Below are positions 17,759 to 27,157 of a stretch of 37,043 nt of DNA, in pieces. The notes under the pieces were generated by a model that saw only the letters and a program-made list of their open reading frames with translations, did no database searches and had not been told where the DNA came from. The translations under genes and the position numbers were made by a program. This DNA comes from Clostridia bacterium (GTDB lineage: Bacteria; Bacillota; Peptococcia; Peptococcales; BICA1-8): contig JAAZJU010000123.1 of the NCBI GenBank assembly GCA_012800195.1, forward strand, positions 1 through 37,043, in the 5' to 3' direction. Each line of letters starts with the position of its first letter. Position 1 is the first letter of the stretch.

Positions 17759-18180
17759 AGGTTGTTTACTTATGTCCCACTGGCACTTGCTCATCATTAG
17801 TAGCTGCTCATTTACATTTAGGCAATCTTAACAAAAATGCAACTATTAATGAAATACTAAATTTACCAAATTTTAGTCGAAATCATAAACAAATAGGATT
17901 ATCTTTCTATATTGGTCAGGACGATAAAGAGAGAGAAATATATACTCTAGGGGTGGCCAATGAAGCTAAAATAATGGAAATTTCTGCGCGAGACTTAGTA
18001 GCCTTATTTGGGAAAAAGATTGATATTCAATATGTGGATGTTTCAAAATTTGTCCCCAACTATTATTTATGGTGTAGTGCTATTATGCCAAAAAAAGCAA
18101 TTGCTAAAATAATTAAAGATAATCTAGTGGAAATTTATAATATAATAGAAACGAGCATAATAAATAGGGACTATCATTAA
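17755..18180 (+). CDS. DUF3189-like protein, paralog 2
   Basis: An ATGA overlap joins it to the previous ORF. The N-terminus MKVVYLCPTGTCSSLVAAHLHLG parallels paralog 1. Confidence 0.55.
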   Translation: MKVVYLCPTGTCSSLVAAHLHLGNLNKNATINEILNLPNFSRNHKQIGLSFYIGQDDKEREIYTLGVANEAKIMEISARDLVALFGKKIDIQYVDVSKFVPNYYLWCSAIMPKKAIAKIIKDNLVEIYNIIETSIINRDYH

Positions 18181-18275
18181 CCCTATTTATATTTTTGCTT
18201 ACTTTGACTGAGAAAAAGACTATAATAGATAATATAAGGTCTGAGGTTAAACATTTAACAAGTTGGAGGAAAATC

Positions 18276-19586
18276 ATGGCTAATGTTGTAGCAGTAATTG
18301 CTAAAATTGAAGAAAATTCCTTAGCTGAAGAATTGGGGTTAGAGATTGGTGATAAAATTTTAGAAATAAACGGACAAAATCCCCTAGACTTAATAGATTA
18401 TCAAATCCTTTGGGCTAATGAAGAAATAGAATTATTAATTGAAAAAAACCAGAGCTCAGAACAAATTCTTTATGCCATTGAAAAGGATTTTGATGAAGGA
18501 CTAGGGGTTGTTTTTGAACGGGCTGTCTTTGACAAAATGCGAACCTGTCATAATAGATGTAAATTTTGTTTTGTGGAACAAATGGCTCCAGAGATGCGCA
18601 AAACTCTTTATACCAAGGACGATGATTACCGTCTTTCCTTTTTACAAGGTAATTTTATAACCTTAACAAATTTAGTTCAGGCTGATCTAGAAAGGATTAA
18701 GAATTTGCGCTTAAGTCCATTATATGTCTCAGTACATACTACAGATCCTGATTTAAGAAGAGAGTTATTGTGTAACGAAAACGCTGGTCAAATTTTAGAA
18801 CAGCTGAAAGAATTAACTCAAGCAGGAATTGAAATTCACGCTCAGGTAGTTTTATGTAAAAACTTTAATGATGGAGCATATTTAGAAAAGACAATAGACG
18901 ACCTTAGCCAACTCTCTCCAGGAATAAAATCTTTGGCTATTGTTCCGGTGGGAGTAACTAAGTTTCGCAAAAACCTAGAGGATTTTCCAGAGTTTGATAA
19001 AATATATGTACAAGGTTTAATTCAAAATATCGAGGCAAAACAAAAATACTTTAAAGAAAAATTAGATAACTCCTTTGTCTTTCTTTCCGATGAATTTTAT
19101 TTAAGAGGGGATTGGGATTTCCCCGAAGCCTCTGTTTATGAAGACTTTCCCCAGTTAGAAAATGGGGTGGGGTTAAGCCGGATATTTATAGATGAGTTTG
19201 AATTATTAAAGCCTTCTTTACCTAAAGCAATAAAACCTCGTAAATATTATGTGGTAGCTGGTGTTTTAGGGGGGCAAGTACTAGCTCCGATTATTAATCA
19301 TTTATCCCAAATAAAAGGCTTGGAAATTGATTTACGAATCTTGGAAAATACATTTTTTGGTCCTCGGGTCACAGTTACTGGTCTTTTAACAGGCACTGAT
19401 TTATTACAGGGCTTAAAGAACCTAGAATCCGGAGCCAAGGTAATTATTCCCGACATTCTTTTAAAACGGGGAGAAAGTTTGTTTTTAGATAATCTTACCC
19501 CTCAGGAAATTAAAGAAAAATTAGATGTAGAATTAATTATTATTAACACTACAGCCCAAGGATTAGTAGAAGCTTTGTTAAAATAA
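18276..19586 (+). CDS. PDZ domain / radical-SAM-like protein (DUF512 type)
   Basis: The N-terminus is PDZ-like ([20 protein letters not shown]). The canonical CxxxCxxC motif occurs in [10 protein letters not shown] prefer the ATG at 18276 (GGAGGA 5 nt upstream) over the TTG at 18195. Confidence 0.75.
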   Translation: MANVVAVIAKIEENSLAEELGLEIGDKILEINGQNPLDLIDYQILWANEEIELLIEKNQSSEQILYAIEKDFDEGLGVVFERAVFDKMRTCHNRCKFCFVEQMAPEMRKTLYTKDDDYRLSFLQGNFITLTNLVQADLERIKNLRLSPLYVSVHTTDPDLRRELLCNENAGQILEQLKELTQAGIEIHAQVVLCKNFNDGAYLEKTIDDLSQLSPGIKSLAIVPVGVTKFRKNLEDFPEFDKIYVQGLIQNIEAKQKYFKEKLDNSFVFLSDEFYLRGDWDFPEASVYEDFPQLENGVGLSRIFIDEFELLKPSLPKAIKPRKYYVVAGVLGGQVLAPIINHLSQIKGLEIDLRILENTFFGPRVTVTGLLTGTDLLQGLKNLESGAKVIIPDILLKRGESLFLDNLTPQEIKEKLDVELIIINTTAQGLVEALLK

Positions 19587-19608
19587 AGCAATATTAGGAG
19601 TGAGTTTG

Positions 19609-20922
19609 ATGAAGCCAATAGTTGCTATAGTTGGTAGACCCAATGTAGGAAAATCAACTCTTTTTAATCGTTTTACTGGAGGGAGAACTGCCATTGTAGA
19701 AGATACTCCAGGGGTTACCAGAGATCGACTATATAGAGACGCTGAATGGAAAAATGTAGTATTTACTGTTATTGATACCGGTGGCATAGAAATTAATACT
19801 GATGATTCCATGTTAACCAGGGTAAAACAACAAGCTCAAATTGCCATGGAAGAAGCAGATGTAATTCTTTTTGTTGTGGATGGTAAGACTGGAATAACAG
19901 TGGACGATCAAGAAGTTAGTCAATTATTAAGAAAAACCCAGAAAGAAGTACTGTTAGTAGTAAATAAGGTTGAAGACTATAGTGATCCTTCTATAACCTA
20001 TGATTTTTATCAATTAGGTCTAGGAGAGCCCATACCTATTTCGGCCTCTCATGGTATGAATACTGGTGATTTATTGGATAAACTTGTGGAGCTTTTCCCC
20101 GATAATATGGAAGAGCCCTACGATCCTGATGTTATTAAAATTGCCGTGACAGGTCGTCCCAATGTAGGGAAATCCTCTTTAGTGAATGTGATTTTAGGCC
20201 AAGAACGAGTTATTGTCAGTAATATTCCTGGAACCACCAGGGATGCTATTGATTCCCCCTTTAAAAGAAATAACCAAGAATATGTGATTATTGATACAGC
20301 AGGGATGCGTAGAAGGGGTAAAATTGAAGAGCCAACAGAGCGCTATAGTGTTATTCGCGCTTTGCGATCCATAGAAAGGTGCGATGTAGCCCTAATGGTT
20401 ATCGATGCTTCACAAGGGGTTACTGAGCAGGATAAAAAAATCGCTGGCTATATCCACGAACAGGGTAAAGGCTGCATCCTGGTTATAAATAAATGGGATT
20501 TAGTAGAAAAGGATGATAAAACTTTACATAAGTTTGAAAAGCAAATTCGCAGTGAACTGCTTTTTATGCAATATGCACCCATAATTTTCGTTTCGGCTCT
20601 TACTAAACAGAGGGTCCCTAAAATATTAGAAATTGTTGACTTTGTGGCAGAACAACATAACCATAGGGTGGGTACTAGTGTTTTAAATCAAGTGATTATT
20701 GAGGCGACTCAACTTAATCCACCTCCAACAGATAAAGGTAAGAGATTAAAAATTTTATATACAACCCAAGTAAGTGTAAAGCCACCAACATTTATTCTCT
20801 TTGTTAATGAGCCAGAGATTCTACATTTTTCTTATAAAAGATTTCTAGAAAATAAGATTCGGGAGGCCTTCGGTTTTGAAGGTACACCTATTCGCTTTAT
20901 AATTAGGAAAAGAGCTGAATAA
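19609..20922 (+). CDS. der: Ribosome-biogenesis GTPase Der (EngA)
   Basis: It has tandem G domains, each with a GRPNVGKS[TS] P-loop plus DTGG/DTAG and NK.D motifs. A KH-like C-terminus is present. I prefer the ATG at 19609 (AGGAG 8 nt upstream). Confidence 0.95.
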   Translation: MKPIVAIVGRPNVGKSTLFNRFTGGRTAIVEDTPGVTRDRLYRDAEWKNVVFTVIDTGGIEINTDDSMLTRVKQQAQIAMEEADVILFVVDGKTGITVDDQEVSQLLRKTQKEVLLVVNKVEDYSDPSITYDFYQLGLGEPIPISASHGMNTGDLLDKLVELFPDNMEEPYDPDVIKIAVTGRPNVGKSSLVNVILGQERVIVSNIPGTTRDAIDSPFKRNNQEYVIIDTAGMRRRGKIEEPTERYSVIRALRSIERCDVALMVIDASQGVTEQDKKIAGYIHEQGKGCILVINKWDLVEKDDKTLHKFEKQIRSELLFMQYAPIIFVSALTKQRVPKILEIVDFVAEQHNHRVGTSVLNQVIIEATQLNPPPTDKGKRLKILYTTQVSVKPPTFILFVNEPEILHFSYKRFLENKIREAFGFEGTPIRFIIRKRAE

Positions 20923-20941
20923 TTGGAGGGTAAAAGCTTAA

Positions 20942-21547
20942 ATGGACTTTTTAAAGGCAATCTTAATTGGCTATCTGTTGGGTTCTATACCCTTTGGGTA
21001 CCTAATGGGCAAATTATATAAAATTGATGTTACTAAGTATGGCAGTGGAAATATTGGGTTTACCAATGTGTTAAGGGTTATAGGAGTTGTTCCCGCAGCA
21101 ATTGTTCTAATTTTTGATGTTTTAAAGGGCTATTTAGCAACTTATTTTTCCTATACCCTAGGTGGAGAAATATTAGCAGTAGTTGGTGCCATGGCCGCCA
21201 TGGCTGGTCATGTTTGGCCCATATATTTAAGATTTAAAGGAGGAAGAGCTGTAGCAACGGGATTAGGAACCATTTTATTTTTAACTCCTAAAATAACTTT
21301 GCTAGCTATTCTTTTATTTATCGCTGTAGTTTATATTACTCGCTATGTATCTTTAGGCTCTATTTTATGTGCTATTTTCGTCTCAGCGGCAATTATTATT
21401 ACTAAACAGCCTTTACCTTATATAATATTTGCTCTGATAGGTTCAATTTTAGTTATTGTCAGACATAAATCGAATATTCAGAGATTATTAGCTGGTCAAG
21501 AAAATAAAATAGGATCCAAGGTCGATACCAAAGGAGGTTTAAAATGA
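20942..21547 (+). CDS. plsY: Glycerol-3-phosphate acyltransferase PlsY
   Basis: It has GSGNIGFTNVLR and GGRAVATGLG motifs and is a polytopic membrane protein of about 200 aa. Confidence 0.9.
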   Translation: MDFLKAILIGYLLGSIPFGYLMGKLYKIDVTKYGSGNIGFTNVLRVIGVVPAAIVLIFDVLKGYLATYFSYTLGGEILAVVGAMAAMAGHVWPIYLRFKGGRAVATGLGTILFLTPKITLLAILLFIAVVYITRYVSLGSILCAIFVSAAIIITKQPLPYIIFALIGSILVIVRHKSNIQRLLAGQENKIGSKVDTKGGLK

Positions 21548-22572
21548 AACATGTAGCTGTTTTAGGGGCAGGAAGTTGGGGTACTGCTTTAGCTGTTACT
21601 TTGGCTAGAAAAGGACTTCTAGTAAATCTCTGGGCCCGAAGACAGGAACAAGTGGATGAAATCAATACTTTAAGAGAAAATGTTAAGTATTTACCGGGAG
21701 TGGTTTTGCCTGATAATATCAAAGCCACTACAAATCTTGAAGAAGCCTTAGCCAATACCGAAGATATAGTATTGGCAGTACCATCTCATTCAACCAGAAA
21801 CATAATTCAGATGATAAAAAATTACCTAAAACCTAATTCAGCAATAATAAATACGGCTAAAGGAATTGAGCCAGAAACATTATTAAGACTTAGTCAAGTA
21901 GCTGAAGAAGAAATTCCGGGCATCTCCTCTAGGTTTGCAGTACTTTCAGGGCCTAGCCATGCTGAAGAAGTAGGAAAAGCTATGCCTACGGCAGTGGTGG
22001 TTGCTTCCAGTAGTAGAAAGACTGCTGAAAGGTTTCAAGAATTATTTTTTTCACCTACCTTTAGAGTCTATACCAATCCTGATGTCATAGGGGTAGAGGT
22101 TTCTGGAGCTTTAAAAAATGTCATAGCCTTGGCTACTGGGATTTCTGTTGGTCTAGGTTTTGGTGATAATACGGCAGCTGCTTTAGTTACTAGAGGTATG
22201 ACAGAAATAGCAAGATTAGGTGTCAAAATGGGGGCTAATCCCTTAACCTTTGCAGGTTTAACAGGAATAGGGGATCTGGTTGTAACTTGTACTAGTAGAC
22301 ATAGTCGCAATAGAAGAACAGGTATAGCTTTAGGACAAGGACAAAGCCTCGAAAATATTTTGTCGGAAATGAATATGGCTGTAGAAGGTGTTAGAACTAC
22401 AAAAGCAATAATGAAATTAAAGGAAAAATATAATGTTAATCTTCCTATTTCTGAGGAAGTCTATAAGGTCCTTTTTCAAGGGGTTAATCCTAAAGATGGA
22501 GTAATCAATTTAATGACCAGGGATCCTGTTAAAGAAATAGAAGAAGTAGTCTTAGATGACTGGGATTGGTAA
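21544..22572 (+). CDS. gpsA: NAD(P)H-dependent glycerol-3-phosphate dehydrogenase
   Basis: It has the GAGSWGTALA Rossmann motif and LKNVIA, GDL..TC.S..SRN. An ATGA overlap joins it to plsY. Confidence 0.95.
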   Translation: MKHVAVLGAGSWGTALAVTLARKGLLVNLWARRQEQVDEINTLRENVKYLPGVVLPDNIKATTNLEEALANTEDIVLAVPSHSTRNIIQMIKNYLKPNSAIINTAKGIEPETLLRLSQVAEEEIPGISSRFAVLSGPSHAEEVGKAMPTAVVVASSSRKTAERFQELFFSPTFRVYTNPDVIGVEVSGALKNVIALATGISVGLGFGDNTAAALVTRGMTEIARLGVKMGANPLTFAGLTGIGDLVVTCTSRHSRNRRTGIALGQGQSLENILSEMNMAVEGVRTTKAIMKLKEKYNVNLPISEEVYKVLFQGVNPKDGVINLMTRDPVKEIEEVVLDDWDW

Positions 22573-22603
22573 AAAAAAGCATTTTTTAATGCTTTTTTTT
22601 TTT
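22571..22603 (+). terminator. Rho-independent terminator after gpsA
   Basis: An A8 run precedes the hairpin GCATT-tttt-AATGC. A T11 run follows. Confidence 0.8.
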
Positions 22604-22609
22604 GTGCGG

Positions 22610-22638
22610 TTATATTCAAATGGGTAGGACATATATAT
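22610..22638 (+). promoter_or_regulatory. Candidate sigma-E-type (mother-cell) promoter upstream of spoIVA
   Basis: TTATATT lies at 22610-22616 and CATATATAT at 22630-22638, 13 nt apart. This loosely matches the kmATATT-(~14)-CATACAnT consensus. B. subtilis spoIVA is sigma-E dependent. Confidence 0.3.
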
Positions 22639-22778
22639 ATATTGTTAAAGAGTGCCAATTCTGTATATTAATTAAGGATTTTCCTTTGGTTTTGGTAATT
22701 AATGTAGGGGAGGGATGTGTTAAGGAAAGATTTAAAACAATTATATGCCTTAACAACTCTAATAAGGAGGGATACTAA

Positions 22779-24260
22779 TTGATGGAGAATTTTGATGTTT
22801 TTCAAGATATTACCAATCGCACCGGCGGTAATATCTATATCTCGGCTGTAGGACCTGTACGAACAGGTAAATCTACATTTATCAAGCGTTTTATGGAATT
22901 ATTGGTTTTACCTAGAATAGAAGATGATTATGACAAAGAACGAACTATCGATTCACTCCCCCAAAGTGGTGCAGGTAAAACAATAATGACCACTGAACCA
23001 AAATTTGTTCCTGATGATGCCATCGAATTAGAAATAAAAGAAGGGATCAATGCTAAATTCCGCTTGGTTGATTGTGTTGGCTATAGCGTAGAAGGAGCAT
23101 TGGGCTATGAAGAAGGAGAAATACCCAGAATGGTACGCACTCCTTGGTCAGAGGATGCTATTCCTTTCCAAGAGGCTGCAGAATTGGGAACCAGAAAAGT
23201 GATAACCGATCACTCTACTATAGGAATAGTTATTACCACCGATGGAACCATAACCGATATACCTAGAGAAAAATATATTGAAGCAGAAGAAAGAGTAGTA
23301 GAGGAATTAAAAGAACTTAATAAACCTTTTATTATTGTTTTAAATAGTGTAAATCCTGAGGGAATCGAAACATTAGAATTAGCTAAGGAGCTAGAAGAAG
23401 CTTATGAAGTACCAGTAATTCCAGTAGATATTGCTAAAATGGACCAAGAAACCATCATGCAAATTTTAGAAGAGGTTCTATTCGAATTTCCAGTAACAGA
23501 AGTCAATATCTCCTTACCTGATTGGGTAGAAGAATTAGAGCCTGAACATTGGCTAAGGGCTCAGTTTGAAGATGCAGTTCATGGCACAATTAGTCTAGTA
23601 AAAAGATTAAGGGATATTGATGGAGCTATAGAAAATTTGGCAGCCTATGAATTTGTTAAAGATGTAGCTCTTGATGATATGGATATGGGTACTGGGGTGG
23701 CCCATATAGGTATGAGCGCAGGTGAAGACCTATTCTATAGAGTCTATAGAGAGGTTAGTGGAGAAGAAGTTAATGGTCTTAGTGATATCTTAAGATTAAC
23801 TAAGGAGATGGCCAGGGCAAAAAGAGAATATGATAAGCTAGAGGATGCCTTAAGAGATGTGAACGAAAAAGGATACGGCATGGTAGCTCCTGTATTATCA
23901 GAAATGAAATTAGAAGAACCTGAACTAATTAAAAAGGGTGGCAACTTTGGTGTAAAATTAAAAGCCAGTGCTCCCACTATGCATATTATTAGAACCGATG
24001 TAACTACTGAAATAACGCCTTTAATGGGTTCAGAAAGACAATGTGAGGATTTAGTCCGCTATATGTTGGAGAAATTTGAAGAAAACCCTGCTCAAATCTG
24101 GCAATATGATATCTTTGGTAAATCTTTGAATGAACTAGTCAGGGAAAATATCCAAAGTAAAATGCACACCATGCCTGAAAATGTTCAGAAAAAATTCCAA
24201 GATGCTTTGAAGAGGATTGTCAATGAAGGTAGCGGTGGATTAATTTGTATTATTATCTAA
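22779..24260 (+). CDS. spoIVA: Stage IV sporulation protein A (spore-coat basement-layer ATPase)
   Basis: The N-terminus MENFDVFQDITNRTGGNIYISAVGPVRTGKSTFIKRFME is nearly collinear with B. subtilis SpoIVA, including the Walker A motif. The start is TTG at 22779 or ATG at 22782. Confidence 0.95.
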   Translation: MMENFDVFQDITNRTGGNIYISAVGPVRTGKSTFIKRFMELLVLPRIEDDYDKERTIDSLPQSGAGKTIMTTEPKFVPDDAIELEIKEGINAKFRLVDCVGYSVEGALGYEEGEIPRMVRTPWSEDAIPFQEAAELGTRKVITDHSTIGIVITTDGTITDIPREKYIEAEERVVEELKELNKPFIIVLNSVNPEGIETLELAKELEEAYEVPVIPVDIAKMDQETIMQILEEVLFEFPVTEVNISLPDWVEELEPEHWLRAQFEDAVHGTISLVKRLRDIDGAIENLAAYEFVKDVALDDMDMGTGVAHIGMSAGEDLFYRVYREVSGEEVNGLSDILRLTKEMARAKREYDKLEDALRDVNEKGYGMVAPVLSEMKLEEPELIKKGGNFGVKLKASAPTMHIIRTDVTTEITPLMGSERQCEDLVRYMLEKFEENPAQIWQYDIFGKSLNELVRENIQSKMHTMPENVQKKFQDALKRIVNEGSGGLICIII

Positions 24261-24287
24261 GATCGGTCATTTAGGCCGATTTTTTTT
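24261..24287 (+). terminator. Rho-independent terminator after spoIVA
   Basis: The 7-bp stem atcggtc/ggccgat has one G-U pair and the loop attta. A T7 run follows. Confidence 0.8.
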
Positions 24288-24311
24288 GTGCAAAATTATC
24301 TTATCTTTTTA

Positions 24312-24340
24312 TTGAAATCAGAAAACACCCATGTTATAAT
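24312..24340 (+). promoter_or_regulatory. Near-consensus sigma-A promoter for the ACT-hom-thrB-aspartate kinase operon
   Basis: TTGAAA lies at 24312-24317 and TATAAT at 24335-24340, with a 17-nt spacer. Confidence 0.6.
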
Positions 24341-24464
24341 GTCTACCATATAAAGATATTTATCCACGGTAGGGGGACATTTGTCCCTATGAGAACTATT
24401 TACCATACTAATAAATGATTTAAGAGGAATATTCAATTTCTTTTGAGATAGGATTGATGTAATA

Positions 24465-24914
24465 ATGTTTAGATCAGATAAAAACAAGTTTTATATTGTT
24501 AATAAGGATATCTTACCAGAGGCTATTTTAAAGACAGCTAAAGTAAAGGAAATATTAACAAGAAAGGAAGCTGCTACAGTTAATGAAGCAGTGGAAATGG
24601 TTGGCTTATCTAGAAGTGCCTTTTATAAGTATCGAGACGGAGTATTCCCTTTTTATGAAGCTAGTAAGGAAAAAATAATAACTATTTCCATTGCCATGGA
24701 ACATAAAGCTGGTACCCTTTCTAAATGTCTTAATCTTATTGCTGATGTGAAGGGGAATATTCTGACTATTAATCAAAATATTCCACTCCAGGAAATGGCT
24801 TATGTTTCTATTTCCATTGAAACAGCAGAAATAGTAACTAATATAGAAGAATTATTAGAAGCTTTACATAAAATATCAGGCGTTATTAAGGTTGAATTAA
24901 TAGGCCAAAGTTAG
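24465..24914 (+). CDS. UPF0735 ACT-domain protein (PheB-like)
   Basis: FYIVNKDILPEAILKT...VGLSRSAFYKYRDGVFPFYE is closely parallel to B. subtilis PheB (FYLVREDVLPDAMRKT...DLSRSAFYKYRDAVFPFY). A C-terminal ACT fold is present. Confidence 0.85.
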   Translation: MFRSDKNKFYIVNKDILPEAILKTAKVKEILTRKEAATVNEAVEMVGLSRSAFYKYRDGVFPFYEASKEKIITISIAMEHKAGTLSKCLNLIADVKGNILTINQNIPLQEMAYVSISIETAEIVTNIEELLEALHKISGVIKVELIGQS

Positions 24915-24925
24915 GAGTGTATTAA

Positions 24926-26221
24926 ATGGAGAGTAAGGTTATAAAAATTGCCCTCTTAGGTCTTGGGAATGTAGGTACAGGGGTATATAAGGTACTCGAA
25001 AACCAAAAGGATTTACTAGTTAAAAAAATTGGTAGCCAGGTAGAAATCAAGAAAATTTTGGTACGAGATAAAAATAAAAAACGTTCAGACATAGTAAACA
25101 GTGAGCTAATTACAGATAATTGGCAAGAAATCATCCAAGATGAAGAAATACAAATTATAGTTGAGGTCATGGGTGGAATCGAGCCTGCTAAAACATATAT
25201 CCTAGAAGCCTTAGAAGCTGGTAAAAATGTAGTTACAGCCAATAAGGATTTATTAGCTGAATACGGTAAAGATTTATTAAATATGGCCAGTCTACATAAT
25301 AAGGATTTAGCCTTTGAAGCAAGTGTTGCAGGAGGTATACCCATAGTAAGGCCACTGAAACAATGTTTAGCAGCCAATAATATCTATGAAATAATGGGCA
25401 TTATCAACGGTACCACTAATTACATCTTAACAAAAATGACCTATGAAAATCTAGATTTTGACAAAGCTTTAGAAGAAGCAAAAAAATTAGGGTACGCGGA
25501 AGCTGATCCTACTGCTGATATCGAAGGCTATGATGCTGCTAGGAAAATAGCTATTCTAGCCTCTTTAGCTTTTCAATCACGAGTTTCTTTTAAGGATGTC
25601 TATGTTGAAGGCATTACTAAAATATCAACAGCAGATATAGAATATGCCAGAGAACTGGGTTATGTTATTAAACTAGTTGGCATTGCTAGAAATGTAAATG
25701 ATAATATTGAAACTAGGGTACACCCCATGTTCTTACCAAAAGACCACCCATTAGCCTCAGTAAACGATAGTTTTAATGCAGTATTTGTTAGAGGTGATGC
25801 TGTTGGAGAAGCTATGTTCTTTGGCAGAGGAGCAGGAGAGTTGCCTACTGCTAGTGCAGTGGTTGGAGATATAATTGATATCGGACGAAACATTATTCAT
25901 CACAGTACAGGTAGAATATCTTGTACTTGTTATAATAATTTAAACATACATCCCATAAGTGAGGTCGAGACCAGTTATTATTTACGGATGAAAGTTAAGG
26001 ATAAACCTGGGGTTATGGCCAGTATTGCCTCAGTATTTGGCAATCATGATGTAAGTCTTGCTTCAGTAATTCAAAAACATAGAACCCAAGGCAAGGCGGA
26101 AATAGTGATAGTAACTGATATAGTTAAAGAAAAATATTTACAGGATGCACTGCAAATAATTAAGGGCTTATCAATAATTGAAGAAATTTCTGCAGTAATT
26201 AGAGTAGGAGACAAAAACTAA
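24926..26221 (+). CDS. hom: Homoserine dehydrogenase
   Basis: It has the N-terminal GLGNVGTGV Rossmann motif, NGTTNYILT, LGYAEADPT.D..G.DAA.K, and a C-terminal ACT domain. Confidence 0.95.
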   Translation: MESKVIKIALLGLGNVGTGVYKVLENQKDLLVKKIGSQVEIKKILVRDKNKKRSDIVNSELITDNWQEIIQDEEIQIIVEVMGGIEPAKTYILEALEAGKNVVTANKDLLAEYGKDLLNMASLHNKDLAFEASVAGGIPIVRPLKQCLAANNIYEIMGIINGTTNYILTKMTYENLDFDKALEEAKKLGYAEADPTADIEGYDAARKIAILASLAFQSRVSFKDVYVEGITKISTADIEYARELGYVIKLVGIARNVNDNIETRVHPMFLPKDHPLASVNDSFNAVFVRGDAVGEAMFFGRGAGELPTASAVVGDIIDIGRNIIHHSTGRISCTCYNNLNIHPISEVETSYYLRMKVKDKPGVMASIASVFGNHDVSLASVIQKHRTQGKAEIVIVTDIVKEKYLQDALQIIKGLSIIEEISAVIRVGDKN

Positions 26222-26237
26222 TTTGGAGGCAAAAGTA

Positions 26238-27137
26238 ATGAAAGTAAAAATTCCGGCTACCAGTGCTAATTTAGGACCTGGCTTCGATTGTATTGGTATG
26301 TCGTTAAACTTATATAACTACATTTATTTTGAACAAACCGATAATTATGAAGAATTAATAATCGATATTACAGGGGAAGGCCAAGACTTATTAGCTAGAG
26401 ATCACAATAATTTAACCTATCAAGCTTATAAAAGAGTTTTTGATTACTTAGGAGAACCCATTCCTGGTATTAAACTTAATTTTGAAAATAACATACCTTT
26501 AGCCAGGGGACTGGGAAGCAGTGCAGCAGCAGTAATAGGTGGCTTATTAATTGCCAACTACTTTTTAAAGGACAAACTAGAGGAAAAAAACCTCTTAGCT
26601 CTAGCTGTCGAATTTGAAGGTCATCCTGATAATGTTGCTCCTGCCTTATTAGGGGGAATTGTCCTTTCAGGGAATAATGAAGGAGAAATAATTTATAAAA
26701 AAATTGCTCCTCCTAGAGATTTGGCTTCAATGGTTATTGTCCCAAATTATCAATTATCAACAGTTAAGGCTAGAGAAGTACTACCTACAACTGTTAGTTA
26801 TCAAGATGCTTTGTTTAATGTCAGTAGGGTTAGTTTATTAGTAGATGCTTTTCATACGGAAGATTTGGACCTCTTAAAGATAGCTATGGAAGATAAATTA
26901 CATCAACCCTACCGTAGTTCATTAATACCTGGTTTTAAAGAAATATTACAAAAAGTGAAAGAACTAGATTTAGTGGGGGCGGCAGTTAGTGGAGCAGGTC
27001 CATCCATATTGATACTCCATAAAAAGGATAAGTTAGACAAAATAGAACAATTACAAGAAATTCTTGCAAATAAGGGTATAGAATCTCAATTGTTATTCTT
27101 GGAGCCTACAGGCACAGGTGCATGTATCAGTGAATAA
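26238..27137 (+). CDS. thrB: Homoserine kinase
   Basis: It has PATSANLGPGFD and the GHMP motif PLARGLGSSAAA. I prefer the ATG at 26238 (GGAGG 8 nt upstream) over the TTG at 26223. Confidence 0.9.
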   Translation: MKVKIPATSANLGPGFDCIGMSLNLYNYIYFEQTDNYEELIIDITGEGQDLLARDHNNLTYQAYKRVFDYLGEPIPGIKLNFENNIPLARGLGSSAAAVIGGLLIANYFLKDKLEEKNLLALAVEFEGHPDNVAPALLGGIVLSGNNEGEIIYKKIAPPRDLASMVIVPNYQLSTVKAREVLPTTVSYQDALFNVSRVSLLVDAFHTEDLDLLKIAMEDKLHQPYRSSLIPGFKEILQKVKELDLVGAAVSGAGPSILILHKKDKLDKIEQLQEILANKGIESQLLFLEPTGTGACISE

Positions 27138-27157
27138 TAAAATATGGGGGTATAACT

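Noticed and set aside
22717-22782. 21-codon upstream ORF (GTG start) whose TGA overlaps the spoIVA ATG
   Set aside because: The GGGAGGG lies only about 2 nt from the GTG. The start is non-ATG, the ORF is very short, and conservation cannot be assessed here. This is not supportable as a leader peptide.
27138-27157. Lysine (L-box) riboswitch ahead of the aspartate kinase gene
   Set aside because: Only 20 nt separate thrB and the kinase gene. The operon leader at 24341-24464 is also too short and lacks recognisable L-box elements.
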